Assembly: GCA_030324005.1 (NCBI GenBank)
Contig: JARDVH010000130.1
Coordinates: forward strand, 21,075,772-21,139,771
DNA from: Negaprion brevirostris
Lineage: Eukaryota
Reading direction: 5' to 3'
DNA length: 64,000 nt
The position numbers and the translations under genes are program-made. The notes under the pieces were generated by a model, which was given only the letters and a program-made list of their open reading frames with translations, was not told the origin of the DNA and did no database searches. Positions 1-13,244 of the stretch are shown in pieces. Numbering within the stretch: the stretch's first letter is position 1; every line of letters starts with the position of its first letter.

Positions 1-186
1 ATGGCCAATCAACCTAACCTGCACATCTTTGGACTGTGGGAGGAAACCAAAGCACCTGGAGGAAACCCACGCAGACACAGGCAGAAGGTACAAACTTCAC
101 ACAGACAGTGACCAGAAGCTGGAATTGAACCCAGGTCCCTGGTGCTGTGAAGCAGCAATGCTAGCCACTATGCCACCGTGCCGTCC
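1..186 (-). mobile_element. HE1/V-SINE (tRNA-derived), 5' part, cut by window edge
   Basis: Reverse complement shows a tRNA-like head (A/B boxes, TGGCTAGCATTGCTGCTTCACAGCACCAGGGACCTGGGTTCAATTCC) and the V-domain (GTGGGTTTCCTCCAGGTGCTTTGGTTTCCTCCCACAGTCCAAAGATGTGCAGGTTAGG). Confidence 0.9.
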
Positions 187-1410
187 ATACTGTTTGTTCT
201 TACCCTTTGGGGAATAGTGAGGAAGTGGTGGGAGGATTTCTGAGCTGATTATCAGCCCGTTGAACTTTATTGAATGCTCTTTCTGTGGTCAGCAAGTCGG
301 ACTCGAACCCAGAGTTTCTGGTCCAGCAGTTACCATTGTACTACAAAGCCTCCCTATATATAATAAAGTGAGCATGGGGCAGACAGTCTGAAGTCACTGA
401 GTTCACTACACAGAGCAGCGCAGGGCCATTAAAAACTGTCACTGGGGAGCTGAGCACCAGATTAGATAATGTTCACTGAAACAGGATAAGAATTCAGCTT
501 TCCCATCCGCAGTTTAAGTAACCTGCCTGTGACAACTCAATAAAACCACGGTCAATTAAATCCACATTTTAACACAGGTCTGCATGTGAACAAATGGACT
601 GTTACAAGCATTATTACTGGAAAAAAAGAACTGCACAGGAAAAGTTAGCTTATCAAATCCATAGCTTACTTGAAATTTGTATGTGGATTCATGGAATATT
701 AAACACAAAACATAACAGAGGTTTCTGTGTAGAACTATGACTTGTTAGATTTGGATTTTATGCAGATCCTAGAAGTCTTACTTCACAACAGCAAGGTGCA
801 ATTTAGATGCAGTGAATTCCTTTAGATATGTTTAAGTCGATAGAGGTTTGTAAGAAAATGAGAATGGGCCAGGATTTACTCAAGCTGCTGAATGATAAGA
901 CTTACCTTTTCCAGTTTAATTTCCATGTGATCCGTTGCATGGAAGATGTTGCTAGCACAAGATCAGAATCTTTGAGCAGCTGCCACAGGGTGTTATGGGT
1001 GCAAGGCTTCGTAAGGCAGTTATGTTTTAAATTGCCTTTTTTAATTTAAGATAGAACAGAATGCCCTGGAGTGGGTAACAGTGTGAAATCAGACTAAAAT
1101 CTGCCTGGAGACAGGCCTCTGTGATTTGTTTGCCATGGGGATGGACAGCCGCATGTTGCACCTCATCAAAACTCAAGTGTCAGGTCTCACACACTGATTC
1201 AAATGAAGGGCAGAAGATTTTATTCAACACAGGCTTGCAGGGCAGAATTTAATGGAGCTATGGGAGCAGGAAACCTAATTGTGTAAAAGGTAAACTGTCA
1301 ACTTCCCGGTGGTGAGCTGAAAGTTGGGAAGTAATTTGGAAGCAGATTAATGTTGGATCGTGATCCCTAATGGCCAAAGGTAGAAATCAATTTTTTCAAT
1401 GTCTTTGCTC

Positions 1411-1742
1411 ATCGTAGAATTATAGAATCACTACAATGCAAAGGGAGGACATTCGGCCCATCCAATTTGCACCAACCACAATCCCACCCGGGCTGTATCC
1501 CCATAACCCCATGCATTTACCCTAGCTGGCCCCCTGACACGAAGGATCAATGTAGCATGGCCAATACATCTCACCTGCACATCTTTGGACTGTGGGAGGA
1601 AACCAGAGCACCCGGAGGAAACCCATGCAGGCTTGGGGAGAATGTGCAAACTCTGCACAGATAGTGACCCAAACCGTGGTTCGAATCCGGGTCCCTGGGG
1701 CTGTAAGTCAGCAATGCTATCCGCTGTGTCACCGTGCCGCCC
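1411..1742 (-). mobile_element. HE1/V-SINE, full length, CR1(HER1)-type tail
   Basis: tRNA head, V-domain and tail ...ATGGGCCGAATGTCCTCCCTTTGCATTGTAGTGATTCTAT on the minus strand. Confidence 0.9.
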
Positions 1743-1820
1743 AGGTACATTCATTGAAATACTTGGCTCTCAGATTAAATTGTACGTTTGCAATTAAGTT
1801 GGCAGCAAATGAGAAACAAG

Positions 1821-2025
1821 GGTGGCACAGTTGTTAGCACTGCTGCCTCACACTGCCAGGGACCCAGGTTTGATTTCCAGCTTGGATAACTCTGTGTGGA
1901 GCCTGTACATTCTCCCTGTGTCTACGTGGGTTTCCTCCAAGTGTTCCAGTTTTCCCCCACAGTCTGAAAGACGTGCTCGCTAGGTGCATTGGCCATGCTA
2001 AATTCAAACTCAGTGTACCCAAACA
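1821..2025 (+). mobile_element. V-SINE, type-B variant (CAGTCTGAAAGACGTGCT...CAGTGTACCCAAACA), 3' truncated by the next SINE
   Basis: Head GGTGGCACAGTTGTTAGCACTGCTGCCTCAC, V-domain and the start of the type-B tail. Confidence 0.85.
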
Positions 2026-2378
2026 ATGGTTAGCACTGCTGCCTCACAGCTCCAGGGATCTGGGCTTGATTCCTGGCTTGGGTCACTGTCTATGCGGAGT
2101 TTGCACATTCTCCTCGTGTCTGGGTGGGTTTCCTTCGAATTCTCCGGTTTGCACATTCTCCCCATGTCTGGGTGTGATTCCTTCACGTTCTCCGGTTTCC
2201 TCCCAGTCCACAGATGTGCAGGTTAGGTTCGTTGGCCATGCTAAGTTAACCCTAGTGTCAGGGGGATTAGCAGGTAAATATGAGGGTTTTCAGGAATAGG
2301 GTCTGAGGTGAGATTGTGGTCAGTGCAGACTCAATGGGCCAAATGGCCTCCTTCTGCACTGTAGGGATTCTATGATTC
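2026..2378 (+). mobile_element. HE1/V-SINE with CR1-type tail and an internal ~48-bp tandem duplication (2099-2194)
   Basis: Head, V-domain with a duplicated GTTTGCACATTCTCC...CTCCG unit, tail GGCCTCCTTCTGCACTGTAGGGATTCTATGATTC. Confidence 0.9.
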
Positions 2379-2658
2379 ACCATTTGCAGTGGTGAGATTT
2401 GGACCCATGTACCCAAAGTGTTACACTTTGTCTCTGGATTATTAGTTCAATAACATGACCAGTACGCCATCATCTCCCCCACATCCAGTTAATTAATTAA
2501 TTGTTTTGTATCTACCATGCAATTTGAGGAATTTCCCATCATTCAATGCAATTGAATGATGAGGCAGGAAGCATGATATCATTTTTGCAAAGCTAATGGC
2601 AGAGTCAGTCACCTTGTACAGCAACTTTGGGATTTTCATGTTTACTCTGCATTTGTTC

Positions 2659-3516
<858 letters not shown>

Positions 3517-3967
3517 ACTCTGCATTTGTTCCTTGCCAGGCTTTGCAGTGCCTGCCACTTGCACATAAATAAAATTGAGCACCATCCATCCCAACATTAT
3601 TGACAGTAAATTCTGGCCCATGATTTTATAGTCAGCATTGTCGTTTTGAAGCAAAATGGTAATTTTAGTGTGCAAACCTATCAAAGATTATTCATTTTAG
3701 CTTTATTTTGAACAGGGAAATATTTGAGTTATGACCCTTATAACTTCGGATTTACTCAAGAAAAGTCATTTCAGGTCAAAACCTGTCAGCAAAAAACAAG
3801 TTAACTGCAATAAAGCGAGTGTTATTTATATATGTATGTATTATATTCAACAATAAGACCAAAGGCAGGACCTTTGTAATTATTTGTAGGTCATTCCTTT
3901 AGATTACTTTGCAAACTAATATCATAACTGCATTACCAATAGGGAGGGTAACAAATATTTGCACAGT

Positions 3968-4272
3968 AAAGTTTATTTATTAGTGACACAAATACGCTTA
4001 CATTAACACTGCAATGAAGTTACTGTGAAAATCCCCTAGTCGCCACACTCTGGCTCCTGTTTGGATGCACTGAGGGAAAATTTAGCATGGCCAATGCAAC
4101 TAACCAGCAAGTCTAATGGACTATGGGGGAAACTGGAACACTCGGAGGAAACCCACATAGAGATGGGGAAACGTGCAGGCTCCGCACAAACAGCGACCCC
4201 CAAGAAGGGAATCAAACCCAGCTCCCTGGTGCTGTGAGGAACCAGTGCTAAACACTGTGTTGCCGCGCTGCC
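3968..4272 (-). mobile_element. V-SINE, type-B tail (GTGTGGCGACTAGGGGATTTTCACAGTAACTTCATTGCAGTGTTAATGTAAG...AATAAA)
   Basis: Head, V-domain and complete type-B tail on the minus strand. Confidence 0.88.
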
Positions 4273-4398
4273 TAAAATACCCTTATACAATGCATCATAT
4301 TTTTAAAAAATGGTGACCTACCTTTTACCTGCCAATATAATACACTAAAAATTTTTCAGTTAACAAACCTACTGGCCAAAATGCTCTGCCCTTGTTTG

Positions 4399-4512
4399 TG
4401 GCTGGGATTTTCTGGTGCTGTTGGAAGTGAATAGAGCTTTGGCTGAAATATCAAATTTTCTGCTCTCTTTTGCAATGGGTCCTGCCATGGATGAGACTGG
4501 AGAATCCTATCC
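4399..4512. mobile_element. Short MITE, Harbinger-type TIRs
   Basis: Ends GGCTGGGATTTTCTGG ... CTGGAGAATCCTATCC form an imperfect inverted repeat; similar to other ~130-bp copies in the window. Confidence 0.6.
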
Positions 4513-4849
4513 ATTGTCTCTGCCATCTACCTACCACCTTTTATTCTGCTTGAATAATATCTGGAAGATGAATAAAGTTGTTTTTTTTAAATCAAAACTG
4601 TTTTTGACCCTTACCATTACTCACATTGGTAATGATGGCACAAAGGTTTTCCCCTGGGATATAAAATTCTGTGATTGATTGTTAATAGCTGGTTCAACAA
4701 ACGTTGTTGTTTTATTAATTCAATTGGATGAATTTCATTCCAAGGACAAAATGCTGATTTTTTTTCTCTATTCTTACCTCCATTGCTCCTTCAAACTGCT
4801 TCATCACTGCGCTATCTCCATTTCTGAGGAAAAAAAATTTCACACCTTA

Positions 4850-5050
4850 AGTAGTTAAGGTCTGGAGTGCAGTACCTGAGAATGTGGTGGAAACAGCCTC
4901 AACTGAAGAGGGAATTAGACAGTTATCCAAAAAGGAAGAAAGCGCAGGGTTTTGGGGAAGATGCAGAAAAATGGCGCTATGTGAGTTGATCTTTTGGAGA
5001 GCTAATGTACGCATGATGGACCAAATGGCCTCTTTCTGCGCCATAACATT
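4850..5050 (+). mobile_element. CR1 LINE 3' end remnant
   Basis: CR1 3'UTR-like ...ATGATGGACCAAATGGCCTCTTTCTGCGCCATAAC. Confidence 0.65.
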
Positions 5051-6569
5051 CCTAAGATCCGGCAAATACTTTTCTCCCTACTTCCTTTTACTTGTTTTAT
5101 TGTAGTTTCCACGCTCCTTTTTAAATATATTTACATTCTAAGAAATTTCATTTGTTGTTGCGACTCCATCCCTGACCAGTGGCAGACACCTCTGCGCCCC
5201 AAATGTTGAGCAACTTGCTGACGATATTTAAGTCAGGCCCAACCATGAAAATGGTTGCGGCCTCTGCCGAAATTCATCAGGTAGGGTGTCTTCATTCTGC
5301 CCACTGCATGTCCAATAACAGGCAATCAATCTTCCACGTGCTGTCACGGGAGAGCAACTCGCACATGAGAACATGCAATTCGACCTAATGTTGCACTGTA
5401 AATCAGTGACCGCGACAGTTTGCCTCGCACTGTTCCTGTGCTACCAAATAGTATTTCCTCTGACTCCACAAGAATGATGCCACTGAATATCTGCCAGTGG
5501 CAAAAAAAAAGAGAAAGAAGATTCTGTTCATAGCTGCTGACAAACTAATCCACAATCAATGCTGTTGCATTAGATAGATTGTATTTCAGAGATGTTTCTG
5601 GGTCTTTGCTCTTGCTGATAAATTTAGTGAATGATCTCTTTGGCGAATTGGCTGAATGTTTTCATTTATTAAAGCAATGGATCAAAATGATGTAGCGTAC
5701 TTCTTTTATTTTCCTGACATACAAAGAATTGTTTGGTTTTTGAACATCACATTTTCTGCTGACAAGTGATAGACACTGGCGATTCACGAGGGGTGAATCA
5801 AGTAGGCAGTATTGACCTTGTAAGTAGACAATAAGAAAGGAAAACAGAATTGTCCATGTTTGATGAACAATTGCACCCGCAATTATCACATCGTAGCTGA
5901 TTTCAGCCACAAGTTCATGGGTGCTTATGAATTTTCTGGCATAACAATGAAAATCCAGAGCCATTCATTATTTGGTGTAGGAAAAGAGCTACACAGAGAT
6001 CAAAAATAAAAATATATGGTCTGCTGAGGCAGTGGATCTGGTCCATTTGTTTGCTTTGGGTTTGTGCAGTCAACTAATTGATACCCGAGGCTGTAACAAT
6101 ATTCTTCTGATTTGAACATCCCATACCTTGCTATGGACTGTCAAGGTGACATTATTTTGTGAAATGTGTGCTCATCACAGATATATTAGCATCAATGACA
6201 TAGTGGTTGAACAGTGTGAGATGGCAGATAAAAGAAAACCTTTGTCCACACCAATTTGAAAATAAGAACCTTGATCATAGTAAATAGCTTTTCAGTGGAG
6301 AAGTAAGTCTCCTGTGAGAGGCTTGTATAAAGGTGTGCAACTGACTATTTATATCAATCATAATGAGTAAAGCTGCTTTCAAAGGCATTTCAAGCCGCAA
6401 CACAGCGATGAAAGGCATGCGAGCGTTATCAACAGCCCGATTTGTTTGAACTACCAAGATGGACTGAACCTCTCCCTGCACGCTCAGCAGGGTCTAGCTG
6501 ACACTAATGGTGATGGAGGTCTTCACAGGGTCCAGGTCCTTGGTAAATCAGATGCAGAGCCGTACTGTT

Positions 6570-6908
6570 GGGCGACACGGTAGCACAGATTTTAGCTCTG
6601 CTGCTTCACAGCTCCAGGGACCTGGGTTCGANNNNNNNNNNNNNNNNNNNNNNNNNNNNNNNNNNNNNNNNNNNCTCGTGACTGTGTGGGTTTCCTCCAG
6701 GTGTTCCGGTTTCCTGCCACATTCCAAAGATGTGTGGGTTAGGTTGATGAGCCATTCTAAATTGCCCCTTAGTGTCCTAGGATGCATAGGTTAGAGGGAT
6801 TAGTGGGTAAATATGTAGGGATGGGATAGGGTCTGGGTGGGATTGTGCTTGGTGCAGACTCAATGGGCCGAATGACCTCTTTCTGCACTGTAGGATTCTA
6901 TGATTCTA
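6570..6908 (+). mobile_element. HE1/V-SINE with CR1-type tail (contains a gap)
   Basis: Head GGGCGACACGGTAGCACAG, V-domain, tail GATTCTATGATTCTA. Confidence 0.9.
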
Positions 6909-8522
6909 CCTGCCACAGTAACACCTGCAGCTGCTGTGTCGCACAGGTAACCTGCATCCTGAACACATGAACATATTTGTTTAGAAAACAATGAGGAACA
7001 AGAAAATCTTTCTTTCACCTGCTGACCACAACTGACACAGCTTAATGTTCTGTATTTGCTGTAAATTATATATAGATGGTTCACTTCAGAGCAATGCACA
7101 GATTACAGAAATTCTTGATCTGCAATAGGCTTATTAATGCACTTTTAAAAATATCTTAGCAATGACAGGATTTCTACGCACATGATCATTGCTCAGGCTT
7201 CTCAGGTCTTTGTAGAAACTTCTCTTTGCTTCACCTCTCAGAGGCTACTTAATCAATCAAGCACAGTGAACCTAGATCAGCCATCAGACTGACATAATCA
7301 AACACAGATCAATCAAGACATTGAATACTACACCTAACACTCTCTTATTTACGTCCAGCAAATGGGACTGAGTGAGAGAAGCTGATGGAGGAAGCCGGAT
7401 ATCCAGTGTGCCAACATTGTTATGAACGTTGGTGGGAAACCTAAAAGAATGTGAACACATGGAGGCAAGAAAGAGCATGGAGCCAAAAATAGGGTCTAGC
7501 ATGGTAATAGGAATGCTGCTGTCTGAGTGCTGTGCTTACCTATAGCACACTTACAAATATAACAACACACAGATTATGCTCCTGGACTAGTAACCTAAAG
7601 GCCTAGTCAAATAATTTAGGTAATATAAGTTTAAACCCACCCCCCACTTGGCTTCTTAATAATTAGATATTTAAAGAAAATCTGCAACTGACTAACTAGC
7701 ATCGGTAAAATTAACAGATTTGTCAGCTTACCAATCTGTTTACAGCATGCTGGGAGAATACCACAGTGTCTCAGGGCCTCAGCACCTGCCAGATGTAGTG
7801 ATTGCCCCCCCCAAAGAAACAAGGGACAGAAGTCTGATTGTTCAACTACAGAGGTTTCACCTTCCTCTCCAGTGCCGGTAAAATCTTGGCCCGTGTACTT
7901 CTGAACACATTTTCTTCTGATAGCAGCTGAAGAAAATCTCCCTAACAGTCAGTGCAGACTGCTTCCCAAGATCATTTCTGATGTGATCCCAATTTAACAT
8001 TTGAAAATTGCTGTGGCCCCAACACTGACAAAATAAAGCAGTATATCAACATTCAGTATGTAATTATTACAGTTTTCTTATCGACATATAAAGATGAAAA
8101 CATGGAGTTTTAAAGCACCTTGTAGGGAATGTTATTATTTTATCCACTCACCAATCCCTTATTTCAACTGAACCACTCCAGTTCATGGGCCTTGGTCAGG
8201 AAGGAACTGATACCCTTGGTGTTAACACAGCAATGTCAGATCAACGTTTTCCCAACTCTATCTTAACATCAATCAATTTAAAATGAGATAGAATTGTAAT
8301 TTTCAGCTGAGGATTCTGGTGCCCCTCTTCTTTTTCAAATATACACAGTAATCACACCCCCTCTCCGCCCCCAAACCCCAGCAGTAATCAAACACCCAAA
8401 TACACATACACAGGCACACGCACACACACACACATGCAAAAAATTATATTGATACAAAGAGAAAGAATGTTAATTGTTCTAGGAAGTGATAATAACCAAT
8501 ATAAACAAATCATGACCAGAAT

Positions 8523-8600
8523 CCAGTTGAATTTTAACCTGGCGTTATGAGACTTCTTATTGTGCCCATCCCAGTCTAATGCTGGCATCTCCACATCGCT
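8523..8600 (+). mobile_element. Penelope-like element terminal fragment
   Basis: TTTAACCTGGCGTTATGAGACTTCTTATTGTGCCCATCCCAGTCTAATGCTGGCATCTCCACATC is homologous to 38430-38495. Confidence 0.65.
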
Positions 8601-9043
8601 ACAAATAAGAACAGAGAGTTTGGTGCTCAGCCAAATCTTTTTCACTGCAACAGGACTGGAGAACACTTGCTGTGGGTAAAGTTGGAGAATCCGACCCCAC
8701 ATCTTTGCTTGCAATAAACAAAATCATATTAGGAGGACAAGTGAGAAATAAAGCTGCACACAAGCTTGGGTTCATGCAAGGTAAAGGACAGAAGGCTGGT
8801 AAAGAGACTAATGGAATAATTGATACAACAAAAGTTTCAAAAATGGATGTGCTGAGGTAGGAGCAGAGGTTGGAGGTGTTCCTTGTGACAAAGGAGATAT
8901 AATGTTGGAAACTGAATTTGATGTAAATAGGATTACAGGACTTTAAATGAATTGGTTGAGCCAAGGCAATGCCAAGGAAGGTGCTGAAAGGTTTGGAGTT
9001 TGTGTTATGTTCGATAAATGAGATTGGGAGCAAGACTTCCACG

Positions 9044-9368
9044 TAGAAGCATAGAATCCCTACAGTGCAGAAGGAGGCCATTTGGCCCATCGAGCCTGCA
9101 CCAACAACAATCCCACCCAGGTCCTACAACGTAACCCACACATTTATTCTGCTAAACTCCTTGACACTAAGGTGCAATTTAGCATGACCAGTCAACCCAA
9201 ACTGCACATCTTTGGACTGTGAGAGAAAACCAGAAAACCCAGAGGAAACACACACAGACACATGGAGAACGTGCAAAGTCCACACAGACAGTCATTCAGG
9301 GCCAGAATTGAATCCGAGTCCTTGGTGCTGTGGACAGCAATGCTAACCATTGTGTCATCACACCATCC
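9044..9368 (-). mobile_element. HE1/V-SINE with CR1-type tail
   Basis: Same head, V-domain and tail as the other HE1 copies. Confidence 0.9.
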
Positions 9369-9856
9369 ATCATATTCATATCAAATGGTTTTTGTTAATT
9401 TGGTTACTAATGTCCACTTTTCAATAAAATTACAAAGACAGGAAATTTAGTCCATGGTGCTTTAGTCTACAGTCCATTCGGAATACATTTTAATAATAGC
9501 TAAATTGCAGTTAATAGTAAAGGAAATAAATTATTAGTTATTTACTGTTGGAGAGCACTTTTTCCTTTATATGTGTTTCACTGCAGCATATCAGAATTAA
9601 TTCACTAATTGCACATTAGTCACTTGTTAAAATTCTGTTTAAATTTTATTGTGATTTAATCTTAAACACAAGCGATGTAATAGAGATCTTGGTAAATAGG
9701 AGGAGAAGCTTAAGTGAAGCATAATAACATGTAACTTTTATCTTATAGACTATTTTGCAGTTCTTAAAATCTATTAACCTGGAAAATTGTCCTGGAATTT
9801 TGAAAGTGGGCACTCAGTTGGCAGGACAGCATAATCCTCCTACTAGCTCACCACAA

Positions 9857-10637
9857 TGAGTTGTTAAGGTGCAGCAGATGGTAGTCCCGAATCCCAAAAG
9901 GAAAACTTGAAACAGCTGCCAGGATGGTTTTGCAATTTGTGTGTAATGAGGAACTTTTCTGAAATCAGGAAGTAACTTCTCAAACCAGTCACGATTAATT
10001 TATATTAAATTGAAGTATTTATTCAGATTTTAAAAATATGTTGAAAACACAAGAACACTTTAACACAGTAAAAAGCACTTTTTAATTTTTTTTGAACAGA
10101 CCTTAGCTTAAATAACTCAGAGCTAAATTCCCCTTTAGAACGCAACAGTCCTTATAGATAATTAAATGTGTAAAATTCCAGTAACTTTGCCACGCAATGC
10201 CCTGTTGCTCCTGGGGTATTCACTGAGAGTGACAGCAAAATGGTTCACCATGATTGACTTTGCCCACAACTCTGCTTTCTTTAAGATCTTACTAGCTACT
10301 ACACCTACACAGTCTTCATTGTTTTCATAAATCTGTTTTTCCCCTTTGATCTTACTCCCTATTATTTTTTACAATCCTTTAGAAGTTCTTTTTATACTTC
10401 ATGGCTACTATATTTTAAAAGTAAACTTATCCCATCTTTTCCTCATCTGTTTACAATCTTCCAATTTGTATTTACTCTTTTTGAAACACAGCAACCAACG
10501 GCAAAATACTTCTTTACCTAAGTTCTCCTGCTTCCCTCTGTTCATCACCATGTCAAACCAACTGCCTTCACGCCTTTCTTATTGATGTTTGATTTTTGCA
10601 GTCTTTCAGTCCCAATCCAATTAGACTAGTCACAACA
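9857..10637 (-). mobile_element. Probable solo LTR
   Basis: Begins TG and ends CA; flanked by the direct repeat CCACAA (9851-9856 and 10638-10643); minus-strand TATA-like (~10390) and AATAAA (10018-10023) occur in LTR order. Confidence 0.5.
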
Positions 10638-10754
10638 CCACAAGTTTGTTTTCCATTATATGAAAATATGACAGTGATATTGCAAAAGACAAAATATTAA
10701 AACTTCAATTTTCCTGATGGAGGCAGGCATGTACTCAGTGGCTATGGGTCTGTT

Positions 10755-11070
10755 GGAGAGATGGGATGTCAGGCTTTACTTAAAGGCAGTCAGCACTTGG
10801 ACAGCACAGTGGCACAATGGTTAGAACAGTTGCCTCACAGCATCAGGACGTGAGTTCGATTCACGGCTTGCGTCACTGTCTGAAGGGAGTTTGCACATTC
10901 TCCCCGTGTCCATGTGGGTTTTCTCCAGGTGTTCACAATCTAAAAGACATGCTGGTTAGGTGCATTGCCCCGAACAAGAACTGGATTATGGCCACTAGGG
11001 AAATTTCATGGTAACTTCATTGCAGTATTAATGTAAGTTTAATGTGACTAATAAAATAAAGTTAAATCTA
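10755..11070 (+). mobile_element. V-SINE type-B with a ~45-nt 5' extension
   Basis: GGAGAGATGGGATGTCAGGC..ACTTAAAGGCAGT precedes the SINE head; type-B tail ends in AATAAA repeats. Confidence 0.85.
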
Positions 11071-11196
11071 AACACCACACAAGGGGAGGCACAGGCTAGC
11101 TGCAAACAGAATGAAAAGATTGCGAAAAAACTGCAACATTTGCTCTGACGACACATTGAGGGCTTTGGCCCAAGAGAGGGACATGAAGAGTGAAGT

Positions 11197-11442
11197 GTCT
11201 GTTCCGGGCAATGCACCTAACCAACACATCTTTCAAACTGTGGGAGGAAACCAGAGGACCTGGAGGAAACCCACACAGACATGGGGAGAACGTGCAAACT
11301 CCACGTAGATGGTGACCTAAGCCGTGAATCAAACCCAGGTCCCTGGCACTGAGAGGTAGCAGTGCTAACCACTCTGCCACTGTGCCGCCCAGGTGCTACT
11401 GCCTTTAAGTGACACCACTGAGGCCTGACATCCCATCTCTCC
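11197..11442 (-). mobile_element. V-SINE type-B with the same 5' extension, tail truncated
   Basis: Reverse complement GGAGAGATGGGATGTCAGGCCTCAGTGGTGTCACTTAAAGGCAGTAGCACCTGGGCGGCACAGTGGCAGAG...TGCATTGCCCGGAACAG. Confidence 0.85.
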
Positions 11443-11553
11443 TCCATGGGACTGCACTGATAACCTTTCAGTATAAACCTCTCTCACTATTGGGAAGAGG
11501 TTATTGACGAGCATATCGTCAGGGGTAAGATTGCGATATATCAAGCTAAAATT

Positions 11554-11735
11554 AAAGCAAAACTCTGCAGATGCTAGATATCTGAAATAAAAATAGAAAG
11601 TACTGGAAAACCTCCGCAGGTTTGCCAGCATCGGTGGAGGGAAAAAGAACAGATCCAGTGTTTCAAGTTTAACATGGTACTTCTTTGGGACTGAAGACTA
11701 AATTTCTGAAGAAAAGTCATATTAGACTGAATAGC
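11554..11735. mobile_element. Short palindromic Penelope-derived element (left arm plus hammerhead-like core)
   Basis: AAAGCAAAACTCTGCAGATGCTAGATATCTGAAATAAAAATAGAAAG... arm; CTGAAGA-aAGTCatattaGACT-GAA at 11706-11731. Confidence 0.6.
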
Positions 11736-11929
11736 AGAGAGATTTGTCAATATGAATACAGCCAATCAGGAATTACACTGGCAGTATGCAATTGTTGGAA
11801 TTGTACTCACGTTTTTAATTTTATTTATTCATTCAGTTGGGAGGGTCTACAAATAGGCCTTTCCCTACATGCCGACCCCTAGCTGGATGCCTGTTCCTTT
11901 CTCTCTTTCTATCCCTCCTCCCCAAGCGT

Positions 11930-12480
11930 GTCAAATTGGAAGTCCAGGAAAACATTGAGGAAAAGTTTGACTTACTCTTTATATTGTTGTAGACCCCCAC
12001 ACAGACAGCAGTTAGCTGTAACATCGAGTAATGGCATCAAAGTCCCTTTGAAGATATTCCTTTCAATATGGTTCAAAATTGCCTCTTCCATTGCTCGTGC
12101 TTTGTCGAGAGACTGAGAACTGTTGCAACTGGGATGCAAATGTTGGAAAAACAGCATTGTCATTGTAATTAGGGCACTCTGCACTGATTTAAATTTATCA
12201 CGCGGCTTCCACCTTTTTAATGCAGGAGTTCATTTACTTCAATCCTTCAGTTCTTTCGAAAATTGGATAGCCCCAAAAATAGCCAGAGATGAGTGAGATC
12301 AAATTTCATTCGATTTCCTGGCGACTATCAGCTTGATTCTGAGCAAACACGGTGGCAAGACAATAATCAGGAGCAGAGCAGGAAAGTGCTGAAGTTCTGA
12401 AGTTAATAAAATACCTGCGACCTTGAAAGGCTAAAGGAAAATGATATGCTCTCCATTTTGATTTCAATCTCCACTAATAC
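11930..12480. promoter_or_regulatory. Candidate conserved non-coding element / enhancer
   Basis: Repeat-free block with an inverted TCF/LEF pair ATCAAAG-tcc-CTTTGAA (12036-12052), tandem Sox CATTGT x2 plus TAATTA (12155-12171) and TGATTTA (12186). Confidence 0.4.
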
Positions 12481-13244
12481 AGTCAGCGATTGTGCATGTT
12501 TAAAGATGACTTATATAATGAAAATACAAGATGCAAAGAAAGTCATTTATAGTATGAATAAAAAAATATTAGGTTTAACAATCTTGGCTTGACAGACAGA
12601 TGGTTAATACAAGCCTAATGAAGTGCAAAATAGAGGTCAACAGTTCAAGATAAAACAAAGTATGTAGAATTGTTCAAAGCAGCCCTGAGAAAGAGTATTG
12701 CACCTGCAACAATATTTGTGATGAATATGGTCTTCATGATGATGTAATTGATATTCTCAGTCAATAGCAATCTGTGCAAAGGTTACCGTGCTTGCCATAC
12801 CCACCAATCTTCCGAAAGTACTGAGAAGAATAGCTGATGTAAATGTAAACAAACTACTTGAGGGATTGTGAGAATAAAGTTAAAGGACACGAGTTTAAAA
12901 TTGACAAGTCTCAGAAGGCTGGACTAAGGTTAGAGGAAACTTTTGTCCTATGAACATCAAGGACTAATTCCCAGGCTCCTTCAATATAATATTATTACTT
13001 TTTGATCAGAAATCTGATTACTTTTAATATTCCCCCTTCTGCGATCGGAAGAAGTCTTATGTTCCAATCCCTGTGTCTAAGCCAAAAGCTCGTGGTTCGA
13101 ATCCCACCCTAGGACTTGTTGGCCATGAAAGAGGCATTCATTTCGTGGCTGAACAGGACTCCTGGTCAGCCACGCCTGATGTGGAGTGGTGTCCCTCAAG
13201 CTATAAGCTCAAGTTATATAGTGGATAATTCAGAAGGCACAACA

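Noticed and set aside
11972-12184. 70-aa minus-strand ORF ending at a GTAAGT donor as a coding exon
   Set aside because: No recognisable protein similarity, no convincing acceptor and no partner exons; the motif content fits a non-coding element better.
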